NCBI RefSeq assembly: GCF_000143415.4
Contig: NW_003314265.1
Location: 944,405-1,008,404, forward strand
DNA from: Selaginella moellendorffii
Lineage: Eukaryota > Plantae > Lycopodiophyta
Direction: 5' to 3'
Length of the DNA stretch: 64,000 nt
Shown here: in pieces, positions 40,201 through 51,388 of the stretch
How the letters are laid out: each line of letters opens with the position of its first letter
Position numbering within the stretch: position 1 is the first letter of the stretch
Translations under genes and position numbers: made by a program
The notes under the pieces: model-generated
The model's database searches: none
Seen by the model: only the letters and a program-made list of their open reading frames with translations
What the model was told of the DNA's origin: nothing

Positions 40201-43200
40201 CAAGATAATTGGTTAAATGGGTAGAAGGTAGCTACCCAAGACTTCTTAATGGCATAAGGAAGTTAGATATACCCTTACGGGGGATAAATTGTTTATGTTG
40301 CAATATAGTAAGTCAATGTTGTAAATGGAAATGCCCATTGTCAGGAGGCCATCATTGGGACACCCAAACACTCTAGAATACCAAGAGGTGGTGTTTCGTG
40401 TCGCAAGGGCAATAGATAAGGCCCAAGGGACTAAGTCCCTAACGAATGATGGATAGTAGGTGCTATCCAAATGTCCAAGGTTGTGGAGACAAGAGAAGAC
40501 TGTCTACCCGAATTGGACAAAGCCAAAAAAGGAATTTTGGCAAGGTTAGTGATGGGCATGTAAAGGCCCATAAGCAACAACGTTAATCCTAATGTGTGGG
40601 ATTATAAAGTGAGCATGCCCAAGATTGAGGAACCACTCCCTAGGCTATCGGGTAGGTTCATCCTTAAGAATACTTGTTAAGGCATAGTAAAATGTGCAAA
40701 GCTATCCTCCTAGTCTGGAGGAGAATAACCAAATGAAACATATAAGGCCAAAAGGCAAATAATATTGGGATGGAACTGAACCATAGAAATTAAAGGGCAT
40801 ATCCAACGGTGGTTATGCAAGTTGGGAGTGGAGAATCAAAAGGGTGCTCGAAGATGTTATTGCTAGCAACTGTGATACCATGGAGAGTCTAAAATATGGA
40901 ATTGTCCATGTTAGACTATATGGCAACTATAAAGCTTGCGAAAAGGGAAGCCTTAGCAAGTTAAGGGACAGAGTTCCTTCAAGGTTCCCAAAGACGATTC
41001 TAGGTAACTTAGTACCTAGAAAGGCCAAGTGTAAATTGTTCATGGAACGCACGAAATCAGAGTGGCGCAGCAGAAGCGTGGTCTTGAAGCTTGCCATGAG
41101 GCAAGGCTATCAAGGTTAGGGAAGTAGTTCCCGAGTGTTCAAAGAGAGGGCTTTGAACGAAAATCGATGGTCAAGGACTTTCACGCTTATGCAGGAACCA
41201 TATTACAGTGGTCAGAGGATTTGCCAAGCGAGATTGGCATGTCGGGGGAACAAATACCCTAGGTGATAACTTCAAAAAGGGTGGGCCATGGGGCCAAGCA
41301 TGGAGGAGTCCATGCATGATCACAGACTTGTCAAGTGAGAGGACTTGGCAGTGTGAAGGAACTAGGTTCTTAAGCTGTGATCTGTAGCGCGTTTTAAATA
41401 TAAGTTGGTGCACCAACGTGATGAATCATGCCAGGCATCCTGGGTGATGCCGTCTGTAAATGCATATACGGAGGTTGGGTTCGAGTCCCGACCCTTTAGT
41501 GCTTGGGTTCGAGTCCCAAATCACTAGGGCGTGGTGATGGTTTGGAATATGAGGACACTCATATTTCGGTGGTCATGGACTCTCAGTGAGGAGACTAGCT
41601 TGGGCACACCGTTAAGTGGGGGATGCTCCGGAGTCGTGATACACGGTTAGATTGCTTAGTGTGGTTCGGCATATCTAACTTGAACACTTTGGTGCGAGTG
41701 GCACCAAGGACGTGGTGAATGAGATGGGGACACCCAGTCTCAGTTGCTATGGACCCTTGGCCGGAAGGGCTAACTTGGGCACACCGCCAAGTGTGGGGGA
41801 TGCCCCCGGGGTCATGGTCAACAAGTTAAAGGTCTGGGAGATCTAGTACTTATTCGCAAACCTGTTAAGGTGTCAAGATTAGATCACTAGGTGATCGTAT
41901 GGCTAAACAAGGACGAAGTCCTTTTGAGGTTAAGGAACAAGGTTTCTAGTTCAAAGCATTGATTTGAACTATTGATAATGGTGTGGCTTGGTCAAGATGA
42001 CCAAGTGGGAAGGACACCTAAGGGAAATGAACTACAACGATACAATGGTATTATGAATTCAAGAAAGTAGTCTCTAGAAAGGACCTATGGGAAGGTCACA
42101 ATGTTGGGCCGTGGAAGGGGCCCATAGCAGAAGTTGCTAAAGAGACCTACTAGGGGTGAGCACCCTCTGGACTTGGCAAAGTGGAGCTTTGCCATGGAAC
42201 CAAAAGAATACCTCAAGGAGGGAGGTAGTGATCCTTTGTTGCTTGATGCAATAATCAATGGATAGGAGCAAAAGATTAGTGGCCAAGTTTGGGCCCTGGA
42301 ATTTAATGGGAGGAATCCAAATGGCGAGGTTAGCCAAAGAACACTAATGTATTTGATGCTAACGGATTGCGGGAAAGGAAGTGGACTTCCAATGTTAAAT
42401 TCCCAAGTGCTCCAATTTGGCAAAGTAAAAGCTCCAAGTGAGGAGCGGCAAAGTAGCCAAAGGATAGGGCTGTGGACGATGATAATTGGAACGTAATGCC
42501 AAGGGTGGCACAAAATAGAAAAGAGGAGGATGGTGCCCTCAAGTAGAGGACTTCCTAGGATAAGGAAGTGGACTTGCACAATATGTGCAATGCAAGGTGT
42601 CAGAGACACCTAAGAAATTGACTTCAAGAAGTCAAAAGTAAACGTTCCAAAGTGCAAAGGTTATGTCGATAGAATCTAAGACTACTCGAGAATGAGTAGT
42701 GGAATTGAGTTAAAGACGATGTCTCTAACGGGTTTAGTGAGAACTGAACCAATAAAAGGGAGCAAATCACCCCAAGGGGCCGAATGAATCTCTATGTTGA
42801 AGAGACTATGCTCCTTAGAAGATGGACAAAGCATGGTGAGCCTTCGGTGTCAAACCATAGACAAATATTGGCCGAGGGCCAAGGATGGAAACAATAATAC
42901 ATGTGGGTGTTACTTTATAAAAGGGTTTATCGTTCGATGAGGACATCGAATTTCGTCTATAGGTGGTGGAGTTGTGAGACACAAATCCCTAAGCCCCAAA
43001 GTGGAGCCGAAAGGGTGCCACATGGTAATGGCTGAAGCAAAAACCAAACGAGCATAACACGTTTGGATTAAAAAGCTCCGACTTGAAAAGGTTGAGAGTG
43101 GGAGTGGAACTTCTAACGAAGTGCTCGAGGAACGAGCATGAAGCAAGAAATAAGCAAGGTTCCAAAAAGGGACCCAAAAAGGACCAACACATGACACGTG

Positions 43201-44254
43201 GAAGTGTCCGAGATGGACCCGAGTTGGGGTCCGAAGTGGAGTCCGAGATGGAGTTCGAGATGGACCCGAGATGGAGTCTGAGATGGACCCAAGATGGAGT
43301 CCGAGATGGAACCGAAACCCAGTGGAGCCAGTTTGGCTAGAAAAGGCCAGTTTGGCCCCGGGAAGGCCAGTTTGGCCCAGGAAGGCCATACCCAGTGTTG
43401 GGTGATGAGCTGACCACTGGGAAGTCCAAGACTAGAGTGAATACGGACCGACAAGCGGGGTAGCTTGGTGAAGTGTTCAAGAGCCGGTTCTAGTTCCCCC
43501 GGGAGATCGACTAACCGATGCTCCTAGTCCAAGTGTGGGTGGCATTACCTACTTGGATACCTGGTGTGGCTCAACAGAACCTCGCTCTAAGCCCATGGCT
43601 AAAGCACCCAAAGGCGGAAGGTGGGGAGAGTACCCATAAGGCCCGCGTAGGGCCACGGTGTTCCGAAATGTTGTCCCAAAGGCCCAGACTGTGGAAAGGA
43701 AGAGGAGTAGTCCTCTGGTGTAGTGACCAAGGATACAGTCGAGTGGTGAGGAAGTCCCAGAGGACTGTGGGACTTAGTGGTCGGGCCTGTGGGCCTTGAT
43801 CCAGTGGCAGTGTTGGCAAACATGGCCATGGGCAGAAAGGGACTTGGTGAAGACCGGAAAAGGGATATTGGGGAAGGCTATTCCCCATGTCTGTGGGCAT
43901 CCTAAGGATGTTAAGGAGTGGATTTGGAATGATCACTCATGGACGGATGGCCCAGTCCTTGAGAGATGGGACTGTGATGCCGGTGGTGTTAGACCACCGG
44001 TGTGACCGAGGTAAAGGGGCATGGCTTTAGCGTAACGGGCTGATATGTCGGTGGTACCTTGGGGTGTCGGTCAGGGGATTGGACACGTGGAGCACTTGGA
44101 TCAAGTGCAAAGGTTGAGTGGTGGGGATGCCATTTTCAGGGCTAGCAAGCCCAAGTCTAAAATAGGACTTATGGAGGTTGTGAGTGAGACTCCTCCAAGT
44201 GGTTGGAGGTGTGGTTAAGTGACTAAAGTAGAATGGAAAATTTAGTCCCTTACA
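37246..44254 (+). mobile_element. non-autonomous LTR retrotransposon, copy 2 (sister subfamily)
   Basis: LTRs 37246-38936 and 42973-44254; PBS TGGTATTGGAG; perfect TSD GAGGC; interior colinear with that of copy 1. Confidence 0.92.
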
Positions 44255-46175
44255 GAGGCTTCAAAAATAAATGTTAAATTGCATCACAGACTCAAATGGC
44301 TCTTAACAAGAACAATATAATTGTTGAAAGGCATTATCATAATTGTTGGCATATCCAAATGCTCTAATCCTTACAAGTGGCTGCACTTAAATTATTGTAC
44401 CATTACAACACTGTTTTTAGAGACACGTGGCAAATTCATAGAGATACCAAGCATCATCACAAAAATGACATATGGCAATCACCATGAAGTGATCAAACTA
44501 GTGGTCTATATCATCCCTAAAGTTCCCACAGAAGAACTCCAACAGGACTCAAGGATTGGCAACAAGAGTAGGAGGAGTTGTACCATATATTGGAAATTCC
44601 ACTATCAATTGAGTTTGATTGTTTAAATATAATTATATAACATCGAGCAATTGCACCAACTGTTGCTCCAGAGTCAAAAGAGGAGGAGGCTATTGCCCTA
44701 TTATAAAAATGAACGAAAAGGAAAAGAGCAAAAGAGAAGAAATTAAAAAAGCTATAAGGAAAAAGAAATCTAGATAATATAAAAGTTAGATATATAGCAG
44801 AATCCCAAATCCAAGCACTCTTTAAGGATAATCAAAATTGCACCATACTTCCACCAATGTGAATGTATGGAATATGAAAATGAATATAAAAAATGTAATA
44901 TCCATTACCCCAAAAACTTTAATTTATATATAAGAGCGAGTAGTTCGAATTGAAATTAATCCGATGGTTATCGAAATCCCACTATGCTAATATTAAAATA
45001 TAGCATTGTAACTGTACACTTATACTTAGACCTTATATATATAGCATAATTCAATTTATAATTTCTCCTTTAACTTCTTTTACACTATTCATCTAGAACT
45101 AAAAGAACTTTTATGGTTATATGATGTAACAGTTTTCACTTTTATTAGGTGATATGAATTTTTATAATTGTATTTTTAAAAATCTATATGAGATTTTATA
45201 GGAAAAATGTAATTATATTTTGTAGATTAAATTATATATTAATTGTTTTTAATTTTTTATAAAATAAATTTATTATTTTTTAATAAATAAATTTTAAGAT
45301 GTTATTTTTTAAAGAATTGAAAATATTGATGTTCAATTTGTAAGAACTAACTAGTAAATACTACTTTAAATGTCTTTTTTACTTAGTTTTTAGTTTTTTA
45401 GTAGTTTTTTTTATTATATTTTTAATTTGTTTATTTTCTTGTTGGAAATATAAGGTAGGAAGTTCTTTTTATTTTTCATTTAATATATTTTTTATATTTT
45501 TCTATTATAGTAAATATAAAATTTATAAATATTTTTTGGTATCTTATTTCACAATATAAAAATTTAACTTATGTAAATAAAATATTTGAGATTTAATAAA
45601 TATAATATTTATCATTAGTTGGTGAAAATGTAAAATAATCATGTTACTAAAAGGTTTTGTGTTTTTGTAGGATAATATACTAGAAATCTTTTTCAAATTA
45701 AGATAACCAAAAAAATTTTATACCTAAATGCAAGGTGATAATATTCATTATTGTGTGGTATATAGCTTTTTTGAAGCATTCGAAACGGTTCTAAAAATTC
45801 ACATGCAGTCAATACATAAATTTGAGTAGTTGCTATTTTTATATTGATAAAATGTAAGAAAATATTTCTTCTTTATGTTTTTTAATATTTAAAACTTTAT
45901 ATCAAAATATTTTATAATTATATATGATTATAAATAGTTTATATTATAATGTTACAAATCACATACATTAGACATTTAAATTTAATATATGAATTGTGAT
46001 AAAAAGATAAATTAACTTTATTAATTATAAGAAACCTTCCTTGTTTAAACTTAAACATTATTAATTATTTGAGAGGAAATTGTTCATTTATCTATTTGAA
46101 TATCATTTATTTCAGGTGACACTCACGACCTATCGAAATTGGATCTATGAGCGTTTTAAAAGAACACAAGAAATT

Positions 46176-47081
46176 CTAAAAGTCCTCGTTCATGTCGAAT
46201 CTTGGTGGCTCGCTTATACCCAGTCGTCTGCCTCGCAAAATCGCTAGCACGTCGTTCTTTCCTTTGGGAAAGTGGTACGCTCGATCTCTCTCCCACCGAA
46301 AGAATGCTCCCTTGAGAGCCTCCTCGATCTCCTCCTTCCGCCTCTTGGACTCGGCCGCGTGTTTGGCCTCCACCTCGAGCATCCTTTCCTCGCAAAGAGC
46401 TTTGAGTCCCTTGAGCTGGTAGAACTTTGCCTCTTCGTAGATTCCTCTGAGTGATGGCAAATCTTCCAGCCACAGCGTCCCCTCCCTGAGGTAATTCAGG
46501 ACATGAGCGAATCGGCTGCCATCTCGATCGATTCGCAGCTCCTCCTCGTCGCTGCGGTACCGGAGCACCCAGGCAGCGAGCATGGATCCGGAATCCATGC
46601 ATAGAGTCTCCACCGTAGTTGTCCACCGGATGCCCCCAACGTTCATCACAACCCATCTATCCGACGATCCGATCTTGGGCCTCGTATCCTCCCGATCAGC
46701 CCCAGATAAACAATGGTTGGGAATTTCTCCTTCCTGCTCTCCGCGACGATCATCCGGAGAAACCCTGGCACCGCGGTGTCGATCCGCCTCCTGCAAATTC
46801 TGCTCGAATTCCGCTGCGATCGCTGAGAAGGACGCGTGATCCAAAGCGATGTCTGCCAGATAAGGAGGAGCCGCGGCGGCAGTGGCGTCCTGGCTCCCTG
46901 AATCTAGATCCACGCCATCGACGAACCTGATCAGCGGCCTGGACGAGGAATTCGTCGCGAAATTCGGAGTGGATCGCCATCCCTGGAAGAGAATCGGTAC
47001 TCCATCGTCGCTGTGGCGCTCCTCTTCCTCCGCCAGGGCATCCTCGGGCAATGCCTCCATTATTAGGTCGTGGAGATTCAT
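46176..47081 (-). CDS. BTB/POZ (KCTD/T1-type) domain protein, single exon
   Basis: VVMNVGGIRWTTTVETLCMDSGSMLAAW...IDRDGSRFAHVLNYLREG...EEAKFYQLKGL. Confidence 0.88.
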   Translation of the reverse strand: MNLHDLIMEALPEDALAEEEERHSDDGVPILFQGWRSTPNFATNSSSRPLIRFVDGVDLDSGSQDATAAAAPPYLADIALDHASFSAIAAEFEQNLQEADRHRGARVSPDDRRGEQEGEIPNHCLSGADREDTRPKIGSSDRWVVMNVGGIRWTTTVETLCMDSGSMLAAWVLRYRSDEEELRIDRDGSRFAHVLNYLREGTLWLEDLPSLRGIYEEAKFYQLKGLKALCEERMLEVEAKHAAESKRRKEEIEEALKGAFFRWERDRAYHFPKGKNDVLAILRGRRLGISEPPRFDMNEDF

Positions 47082-47359
47082 CTTCCATAGAAGCAAGGCC
47101 AGAGATTTTTAAAAGGTCACAGCAAGACAATCCAGCACCAATAAAGTGCCATGTCAGCGCGCCCAAATGCCACATGTCAGTTTTTTGTTGGGTGCCAATA
47201 AGAACGTTAAAAAAATGCGAAGAAAATCCAACCATGAGAGAAGCTCGATCTGTGAAGGTTTTATTTTCAGAAAACCTGTAGAGTAGCGGATGAGAGATTA
47301 TGTAGCAAAGGAAAAGAATAGGAATCGATCATGGTGACCATCGATCAGAAAAACGAAGG

Positions 47360-48005
47360 CTATAATCCAGCTCTCACATACTTGCGACGAAGGCTTTCGA
47401 TCTGGTCCTCGGCCGATTTTACGACCTCACTGCAAGGCGCCTTTGTAGCTGCAAGGGGAACAGAGAAGAACAATGGAAACATTTGTTAGATCTTGCTCGT
47501 CGCAGCAAACTATGTCAAGAATTTGGATCTTACGCTGGAACTTTGCGGCGAGCTCCTTGTACGTGTTCTGCTAGCAAAAGAATGTCAAAAGAAACAAACA
47601 AGAAATATTTCCAGCTATGTGTTACCTCGATATCCAGGAGATCTTCCTCGTACTCCGTTGCAAAGATCTTCCACGCCCGATTGGCCGCATCGGCGCGCTT
47701 TGCCGCCTCTTCCTGCTCTGCCTGTGAAAGAAGTTTCATCCCACCGCAGCACGATCGGCATAGCTAGCTCAGCGACTGCTTACCTCCACTCGCTTCCTGA
47801 GCTTCTGGCGTGTCGATTCCAGCTCCTTGCCACAAGCCGCCTGGATCTTTTCCGCATCGGCGCGCAGGCTCTCGATCCGAGAATCCAAGCAAGCTCGCAA
47901 GGCGGCGAGATCGGAGACATTCTTCACGGGAGAAGAAGGCGCCAGCGGCGATGCAGGCGATGGCGCAGTGGCGGCATTCCTTCTCCGGCCCCGTCGAGCG
48001 CTCAT
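47360..48005 (-). CDS. short coiled-coil protein of unknown function (about 4 exons)
   Basis: Spliced reading MSARRGRRR...VSDLAALRACLDSRIESLRADAEK...RKRVE-AEQEEAAKRAD...DIE-NTYKELAAKFQ-PTKAPCSEVVKSAEDQIESLRRKY, with GT-AG introns. Confidence 0.65.
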
Positions 48006-48130
48006 CTTTCTTTCTCTTGCCCCAAAATATTTCCAAACCCTAGCCTCGCCCGCCAAAAGTTTGCGTTTTAAAACTCAAGCTTTTGCCGCCTTTAGGATTA
48101 GGGTTCTTGGAGTGGGAGTTTCTCTTATGC

Positions 48131-49729
48131 ATGATACAGTGGAGTCCTCATCCTATGGCAGCGTGCGCGATTTTCAACACGGCAGGATCCAAGTCATCGA
48201 GCCACCAGCAGCATTCTTCCCACAATCGTGGAGGATGCATTCTCCAAGGCCGCCCCAAGAAGGGCTTCACTCCCGATCGCCTGGACGAATTCCTGTGCGG
48301 CGCTACCTTCACCATGTACGAGTTCCTCATGAGATTCTGCGGGAGCCGGCAATTGCTCGGCGAGGGCAAGCGCATCCACCAGCACATTGTGGATCGCGGC
48401 CACGGCGACGATCGATTCCTGGCCAATCTCCTCGTCCAGATGTATGGCCAGTGCGGCGCGGCCGAGATCGCGCGCGCGGTGTTCGATCGCATTGCTGATC
48501 GCAACGTCTTCTCCTGGACGCTCATGATCGCGGCATATGCCCAGAACGGGCACGACGCGGCGGCGCTGCGGCTCTTCCGGGAGATGGATCTTCATGGCGA
48601 GCGAGCCGATCGCATCGTCCTGGTCGAGATTCTCGGCGTGTGCGCTCGCCTGGAGCTCCTCGCGCAGGGCCAGACGATCCACGCCCGGATCGTGGCGCTG
48701 GGGTTTGATGCCGACACCGTCGCGGCCACCGCGATCTTCAACATGTACGCGCGATGCGGCTTCCTCCGCCGCGCCAGGGAGCTCTTCGATCGACTCGAGG
48801 AGAAGAGCGTCGTTTCCTGGAACGCGATGATCACCGCGTATGCCCGGACAGGGCAAGCGCGGCAAGCGCTGGATATCTTCCGGCGCCTCGACCAGGAAGG
48901 AATCGAGGCGGACGAGATGAGCTACAGCGGCCTCCTCGCCGCGTTTGCGATGCGGCAATCTCTAGACAAGGGCCGGATCTTGCACGCCAGGATCAAAGCC
49001 TGTGGATTCGAGGCGATGCTCCAGGTCGCCAATCCTCTGATCAACATGTATGGCAAATGCGGCTGCGTGGAGGAGGCGAGGAGGATCTTCGATGCTGTGC
49101 CGAGCAAGAACATCGTCTCCTGGAACACGATCCTGGCGGCCTACGCGGGAAACGGCCGTGTGACCGAGGCGCTGGATCTCTTCGCCAAGATCGCGATGCC
49201 GCCCGACTGGATCAGCTTCTGCGTGGTGCTGCAAGCGTGCAGCCACGCCGGGCTGGTGGATGAGGCCTGGGATTTCCTCCTGTCGATGCGATCCCAGCAC
49301 GGAATCGAGCCCCGCCGCGCGCATTACAGCGCCATGGTGGAGATCTTCGGCAAGGCCGGGAAGCTGGAGGAGGCGGAGCGCCTGATCGCCGCCATGCCGG
49401 TGGAGCCCGACGCTGTGATCTGGAGGAGCTTGCTGGGCGCTTGCAAGATCCATGGCGACACCGAGCGCGGGACGAGGGCTGCCCTAAAGGTGATCGAGCT
49501 CAAGCCCGACGAATCAGGGCCCTACATTCTCCTGTCCAATCTCCACGCGGCAGCTGGACGGCTGGATGAGCTGGACAAGGTCCGCAAGCTCATGAAGGAG
49601 CGGCGCCTGGGGAAGAGCTGGGCGATGGATGCCGTGAGCAAAGAAACCCTAGAGTTGGAATCCAAACAAGTCCGTGAGAGGCTCCTGGCGCTTAACCGCC
49701 ACATGGAAGACCTGAGGGTAAATCGGTGA
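48131..49729 (+). CDS. PLS-class pentatricopeptide repeat protein, E subgroup (no DYW domain)
   Basis: Repeated MYGKCG/VSWNAMI PPR motifs, SHAGLVDEA and E domain (WRSLLGACKIHGD...YILLSN). The ORF ends shortly after E/E+. Confidence 0.93.
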   Translation: MIQWSPHPMAACAIFNTAGSKSSSHQQHSSHNRGGCILQGRPKKGFTPDRLDEFLCGATFTMYEFLMRFCGSRQLLGEGKRIHQHIVDRGHGDDRFLANLLVQMYGQCGAAEIARAVFDRIADRNVFSWTLMIAAYAQNGHDAAALRLFREMDLHGERADRIVLVEILGVCARLELLAQGQTIHARIVALGFDADTVAATAIFNMYARCGFLRRARELFDRLEEKSVVSWNAMITAYARTGQARQALDIFRRLDQEGIEADEMSYSGLLAAFAMRQSLDKGRILHARIKACGFEAMLQVANPLINMYGKCGCVEEARRIFDAVPSKNIVSWNTILAAYAGNGRVTEALDLFAKIAMPPDWISFCVVLQACSHAGLVDEAWDFLLSMRSQHGIEPRRAHYSAMVEIFGKAGKLEEAERLIAAMPVEPDAVIWRSLLGACKIHGDTERGTRAALKVIELKPDESGPYILLSNLHAAAGRLDELDKVRKLMKERRLGKSWAMDAVSKETLELESKQVRERLLALNRHMEDLRVNR

Positions 49730-50365
49730 TAAACCGGCATTTGCTGCAAATGCCGGTTTAGGGCATTTTCTTTCTTGAGAAAATGCCCGAATTTAGGGCT
49801 GCTACAGTTATGGTGGAAACTGTCCCCCTGCTAGGTAGCTTTTTTTTTAACCGTGGGTCACGCGTCTGATGCCGGTTTCACCCACCCCACCGACCGGCAT
49901 CAGTCGGTGAGTGGCTGCCATACATGGTCTCCATCATGGCCATCATGGCGCCTCATACGGCGCACATGCGACTGGGTCGATGGATGGCGCACAAACGCCA
50001 TAGGTATGATGCCCCATGCGTCCATGCACCCAATGTAGGACACCGGGCCAAGGACTCCAGTGTAAATGCCGCGGCCAGAGAAGACGTGGAGAGGAAGGGT
50101 TATACTTGCAAGTTCTATTCTTTCTTTTCTCTCGCATTTCATAGAGAGGGGAGAGCTATGGCGCTAGCGCGGCTCCAAAGAAAGGAGGCGCGATAGGGCG
50201 ATTTGCCCGACGGCGGCGCAGCGGCGGCGGATTTGATCGTCAGATGCGCCGGTTCTTCTTCCTTGCGCCGGAAATTCTTGCGTCATCTGGTAAATTTCCC
50301 TCGATCGATCGAAATTCCACGCCTAGACTTGAGCGGACTCACGCTCCATTCTTGCTCGCTCGCAG

Positions 50366-51388
50366 ATGGCTATCGTGGTGCTGGAGATCGTGTCGCTGCT
50401 GTGGAGCCACCCTATCCTCGCGGGGCTCCTCATCCTGCTCTTCACCACGCCCCTGTTCCACATCGTCCTCTTCTTCACGCCGCTGCTCATGTCCACGGCG
50501 CTGTGCGTGATCGCGCTCATCAGCATTGGGCCTCAGATCGAGAAGATAAGGGAGGAGCGCCAATTTAAGATGTCCATGAGCTCCAGGAGTGTGGTAGCGG
50601 CGCCCGAGAGGCCGGCGAACAGGTACATTGTTATAAGCCAGGGGCGGCCCCAAAGACCGGCAATGCGGCTCGGCGGCGGTGGCGGAGGGGGTCGAAGATG
50701 GAGCGATTGGGTGAAAGGAATAGAGATCCATGGCCACACGATTTGGCTGTCCGAGAGCCATATCATGCGTGACATCGCGGAGGAAGGCTTAAAGTCGGAT
50801 TTCTCTCACGAAGATGGCGGCATCGCGATGGCTCCGGAAGATTTGTGCTCCTCCAAGGGCGGTGCTTTCAGTTTGGAGAAAGCCACCGCCGCCAGCCTTT
50901 GTGACGTAGTCAATCCCGGGGAAGCTGACAGGCTAATTGAAGAGGAGTGCCAACATCTGGAGCTTGTGGAAGTCAAGCAGGCCGACGAGGAGCCTGCGTT
51001 ACACTCCGAAACGGGCATCGTGAGCTTGGATCCGGTGGCGGAAGGTGACAAAGAGGACGCAGCGCTGCTCGAGCTCGCTTCATGCAGCGTGACCCGTGCT
51101 GAAGACAATGCGGGCTGTGCTACGACCGAGAAGATGTTTACAAGGAACAGCAACGCTTGTTTCGTTGAGCTGGTTGGTCCTTCCGCAGCGGCCTCCACAC
51201 AACAGGTTTTGGCTCTGAGCGAGACGAGTTTTGCTTTGGGCTTGCCATCGCCTCCTCCTCCCATTGCCACGAAGAAGAAGAAGCGAACTTCCTGGTTTCG
51301 GAGACAAAGGATACCGTGCGGCCTTTCGAAAGCGCTTGGCCAGCTCAGGGAGAAGATCTGCAATCAACTTCGTCGCATCTTCACCTGA
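50366..51388 (+). CDS. uncharacterised protein with N-terminal transmembrane segments
   Basis: 340-aa ORF with a hydrophobic N-terminus (HPILAGLLILLFTTPLFHIVLFFTPLLMSTALCVIAL). The ATG is directly preceded by an acceptor-like CGCAG. Confidence 0.7.
   Translation: MAIVVLEIVSLLWSHPILAGLLILLFTTPLFHIVLFFTPLLMSTALCVIALISIGPQIEKIREERQFKMSMSSRSVVAAPERPANRYIVISQGRPQRPAMRLGGGGGGGRRWSDWVKGIEIHGHTIWLSESHIMRDIAEEGLKSDFSHEDGGIAMAPEDLCSSKGGAFSLEKATAASLCDVVNPGEADRLIEEECQHLELVEVKQADEEPALHSETGIVSLDPVAEGDKEDAALLELASCSVTRAEDNAGCATTEKMFTRNSNACFVELVGPSAAASTQQVLALSETSFALGLPSPPPPIATKKKKRTSWFRRQRIPCGLSKALGQLREKICNQLRRIFT

Larger units (their letters stand above)
18750..45040 (-). mobile_element. decayed Ty3/Gypsy element (copy B, same family as A) hosting five nested insertions
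   Basis: Host pieces 44255-45040 (5' LTR 44858-45040, PBS, gag), 36648-37245, 28128-28927, 26361-27421, 25961-26198 and 18750-19997 (integrase, PPT AAGAGGAGGGGA, start of 3' LTR) are colinear reverse-complement homologues of 6338-12165. Confidence 0.88.

Noticed and set aside
48148-49453. Antisense and alternate-frame ORFs over the PPR genes and other GC-rich CDS
   Set aside because: Expected shadows of GC3-rich coding sequence.
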